DNA from: Rhynchobatus australiae
Lineage: Eukaryota
Direction of reading: 5' to 3'
Assembly (NCBI GenBank): GCA_034780895.1
Contig: JAUZTB010000002.1
Coordinates: 93,445,366-93,509,365 of the forward strand
DNA length: 64,000 nt
The notes under the pieces: model-generated
What the model was told of the DNA's origin: nothing
Database searches by the model: none
The model's input: only the letters and a program-made list of their open reading frames with translations
Part shown: positions 61,386 to 64,000 of the stretch, piece by piece
Position numbering within the stretch: position 1 is the first letter of the stretch
Layout of the letters: each line of letters starts with the position of its first letter
Position numbers and translations under genes: made by a program

Positions 61386-63439
61386 AAAAACATAAGCTAC
61401 TTACACAAAGTGATAGGCAGAACTTGATCTGTTTGAGTGATGTTACGTACCAGCAACAAAAGAAACACACCAAGTCATGTGTAAGCATTAGAAATTATTT
61501 TATTAGCAGCTACTTATGATAATTTAGATTATGATAATTAAGAAAAAAGTAAAAATGTTAGAAGTAAAAATTTTAGATCTTAAATATTAACCCCAAAAAC
61601 TAAACTCGAATTACGTGTGTGGCAAATTCCCAAACTTCAAGTCCAGAAATAGTTCTCAAAGTTCAGTTCAGCAAGCCATAAGGTGAAACGTGAGCAAAGG
61701 TTTCTGCAAAACCACCGTTGACTGNNNNNNNNNNNNNNNNNNNNNNNNNNNNNNNNNNNNNNNNNNNNNNNNNNNNNNNNNNNNNNNNNNNNNNNNNNNN
61801 NNNNNNNNNNNNNNNNNNNNNNNNTCTGCAAAACCACCGTTGACTGAAGAGGAAATGTACAGAGAAAAGAGAGAGAAATTACGAAATCCAAATGTCTACG
61901 ATGGAACCCATACGACACCTCAATCACTGATTATCTCCATTCCTTTGTTCCAAAGTATCTGCCACCCAAAAGGCATTAAAGACGTGGCCATCCACACAAA
62001 TAAATGTTTCCCTCTACAGGTTAATGATAAAGTGGACTCCACTGGATTATTCCAAAAATCCATGTGGATTGTAGTGACAGACACGGTTATTGTTTTTCAT
62101 CCATCGATACAGACACCGGCAGGCAGGGTGTGTCTATCCGTCTCTCTTTTCTCTGACTGACCCCTCCAAAACATCAGCACGTCCTTATCTCTTGTTGCTG
62201 TGGTGACGTCCCACACACACTACTGTACTGTGTCTTAAAGGGACATTCACCAAATAGTAACCTATCCGTAACAGTGAGCAGTACTTATTCTAAAGAAATA
62301 TTTATGGAGCATCATAAATACTTGCAATGTCCCAAATTACTCCACAATCTATGGATCACCTGAAATGCTTGTAGACAAATGTTACTGCCATTTTACATAA
62401 AGCAATTTTCTTCCAGAAGTAAATAGATGGTTAAGTGGTTAATTTAGAGATGGAAGATTTGAATACAGACATTGAAGCTGGGAGATCACCATGCATTTTG
62501 AAAAGTGCCACAAGTTCTCTTATNNNNNNNNNNNNNNCCGATCTTCTTGTCCTTCTTAGCTCTAGGTTTTTTTGCACTACTTCAAGTTGCACAACAATCT
62601 CTGCAGCATTATGCTGTTTTGTGCTCGTCATTGTATTTATTGATGTATTTATTATTACAATGTGTACTGTTTACACTTTGAGTTTCATGTAAACAAGGAA
62701 TTGCATTGCACCCTGGTGCATATGACAATAAACTAATCTAAAAGTCAATAACTTTACTCTGTGCATGCAATAACTTTTATTATCTACAGCAACAATTTTA
62801 ACAATATCTTAAATGGTATCGCCCCTGGCTTTTATATGCAGCATCCTAAATTTTTCAAATATTCTTGAAACAGTCAAAAAGAAATCAACCCAAAGCAGCT
62901 GCAAAAGTGAGCAGGAAACAATTCTGATAGACCACTTGAATTCAAAAATACTGAAGATTTACATATGTTCTTCCATTTTTTTTCTCTCACTCTCTTTATC
63001 AAGAGCAAAATAATTTTCCCACAAAAAGGTGACCACCTTTAGCTCAGTCTAAGAACGTGATATTCCTCCACTATGTATTAACTGCAAGAAATGTTCACCT
63101 TTACACAATATAGCACAGACAAATGCAAAACTACTCTTTCCTTGCATCAACTTTTTAACAAGTTCTACAGGCAATAATGTATTTGTTCCAGCTTCTGTTT
63201 CTAAGAATAATCAGCCACGCATGTAATCAGATCCAGTCTCCAAACCAAATAAATGTATTGCGACCCAAGCTCCATGTCCTGGTCTCAGCACAGAATTCAG
63301 TCTGGTTCCTCTCAGCAAGAAAGGAGAAAACACATGAAAGGATAGTTGTTAAATCATCGCAAGAGAGTTTATGTAGAATCAAACAAAAACAATTCCAGAC
63401 TGAAAATTGGAAAAATATATCTTTTTCTATGGAAACTAA

Positions 63440-63985
63440 TGATCATAATAATGGTTAAATGTATATCATTTAAAAAGGAGAAAGGGGTAGACCAAGTAAC
63501 TACAGGCTGACATCAGTAGCAGGTGAATTAATGAAAAAAATTAGGTATGACAAGCAATATTAAGAGAAGGACTGGTTAAGGAAATAGAAAGTTGGAAAGT
63601 GGAGCTGACTAAGTATCATTTTTATTTTTAACCGGAGGGCCAAATGACTTTTTGCTGTGTCATAAAGTTCTACAATTATTTGACAGGACAACCATGGCTA
63701 AGATTAATTTGCANNNNNNNNNNNNNNNNNNNNNNNNNNNNNNNNNNNNNNNNNNNNNNNNNNNNNNNNNNNNNNNNNNNNNNNNNNNNNNNNNNNNNNN
63801 NNNNNNNNNNNNNAATTATTTGACAGGACAACCATGGCTCAGATTAATTTGCAAACATGTGGATGTCTGATTGTAGATTTCTGTGGCAATTGTATACAGC
63901 GATATTTTAAAAGCTTCTGATCGATCATTTCTCCTAATAGATATTTAACATCCACAGGTGCTGTAGTGATGCAATGGCTAACTGC
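63440..63985 (+). mobile_element. Highly degenerate CR1 RT fragment
   Basis: tttaaaaaggagaaagg...aagtaactacaggc (FKK...NYR) and gatattttaaaagcttctgat (D..KA.D). Confidence 0.5.
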
Positions 63986-64000
63986 ATTGATACACTTCAA

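Noticed and set aside
1-64000. CRISPR array, operon, endogenous virus, rRNA, snoRNA or miRNA
   Set aside because: No regularly spaced repeats, long intact ORFs, LTR/gag/env motifs or convincing box/hairpin structures were seen

Overview
Repeat-dense vertebrate genomic DNA with many N gaps. The repeat repertoire (HER1-type CR1 LINEs, HE1-like V-SINEs, Deu-domain SINEs, Rex1/Babar, RTE, Neptune-type Penelope elements) points to a cartilaginous fish (inference). None of the listed ORFs is an intact host gene: they are LINE fragments, gap-spanning artefacts or noise. Reading the minus strand by hand gives a chain of small exons with good splice sites and mutually compatible phases (about 53.2 kb down to a stop at 14520). 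It encodes the C-terminal ~180-220 aa of a protein I cannot name. The most notable non-coding structure is a Penelope-like element with an inverted terminal repeat carrying a minimal hammerhead-ribozyme motif, plus about a dozen short, often head-to-head, non-autonomous derivatives of that repeat. TE boundaries are approximate and estimated by eye. I found no evidence that forces a claim of a wholly new biological system.
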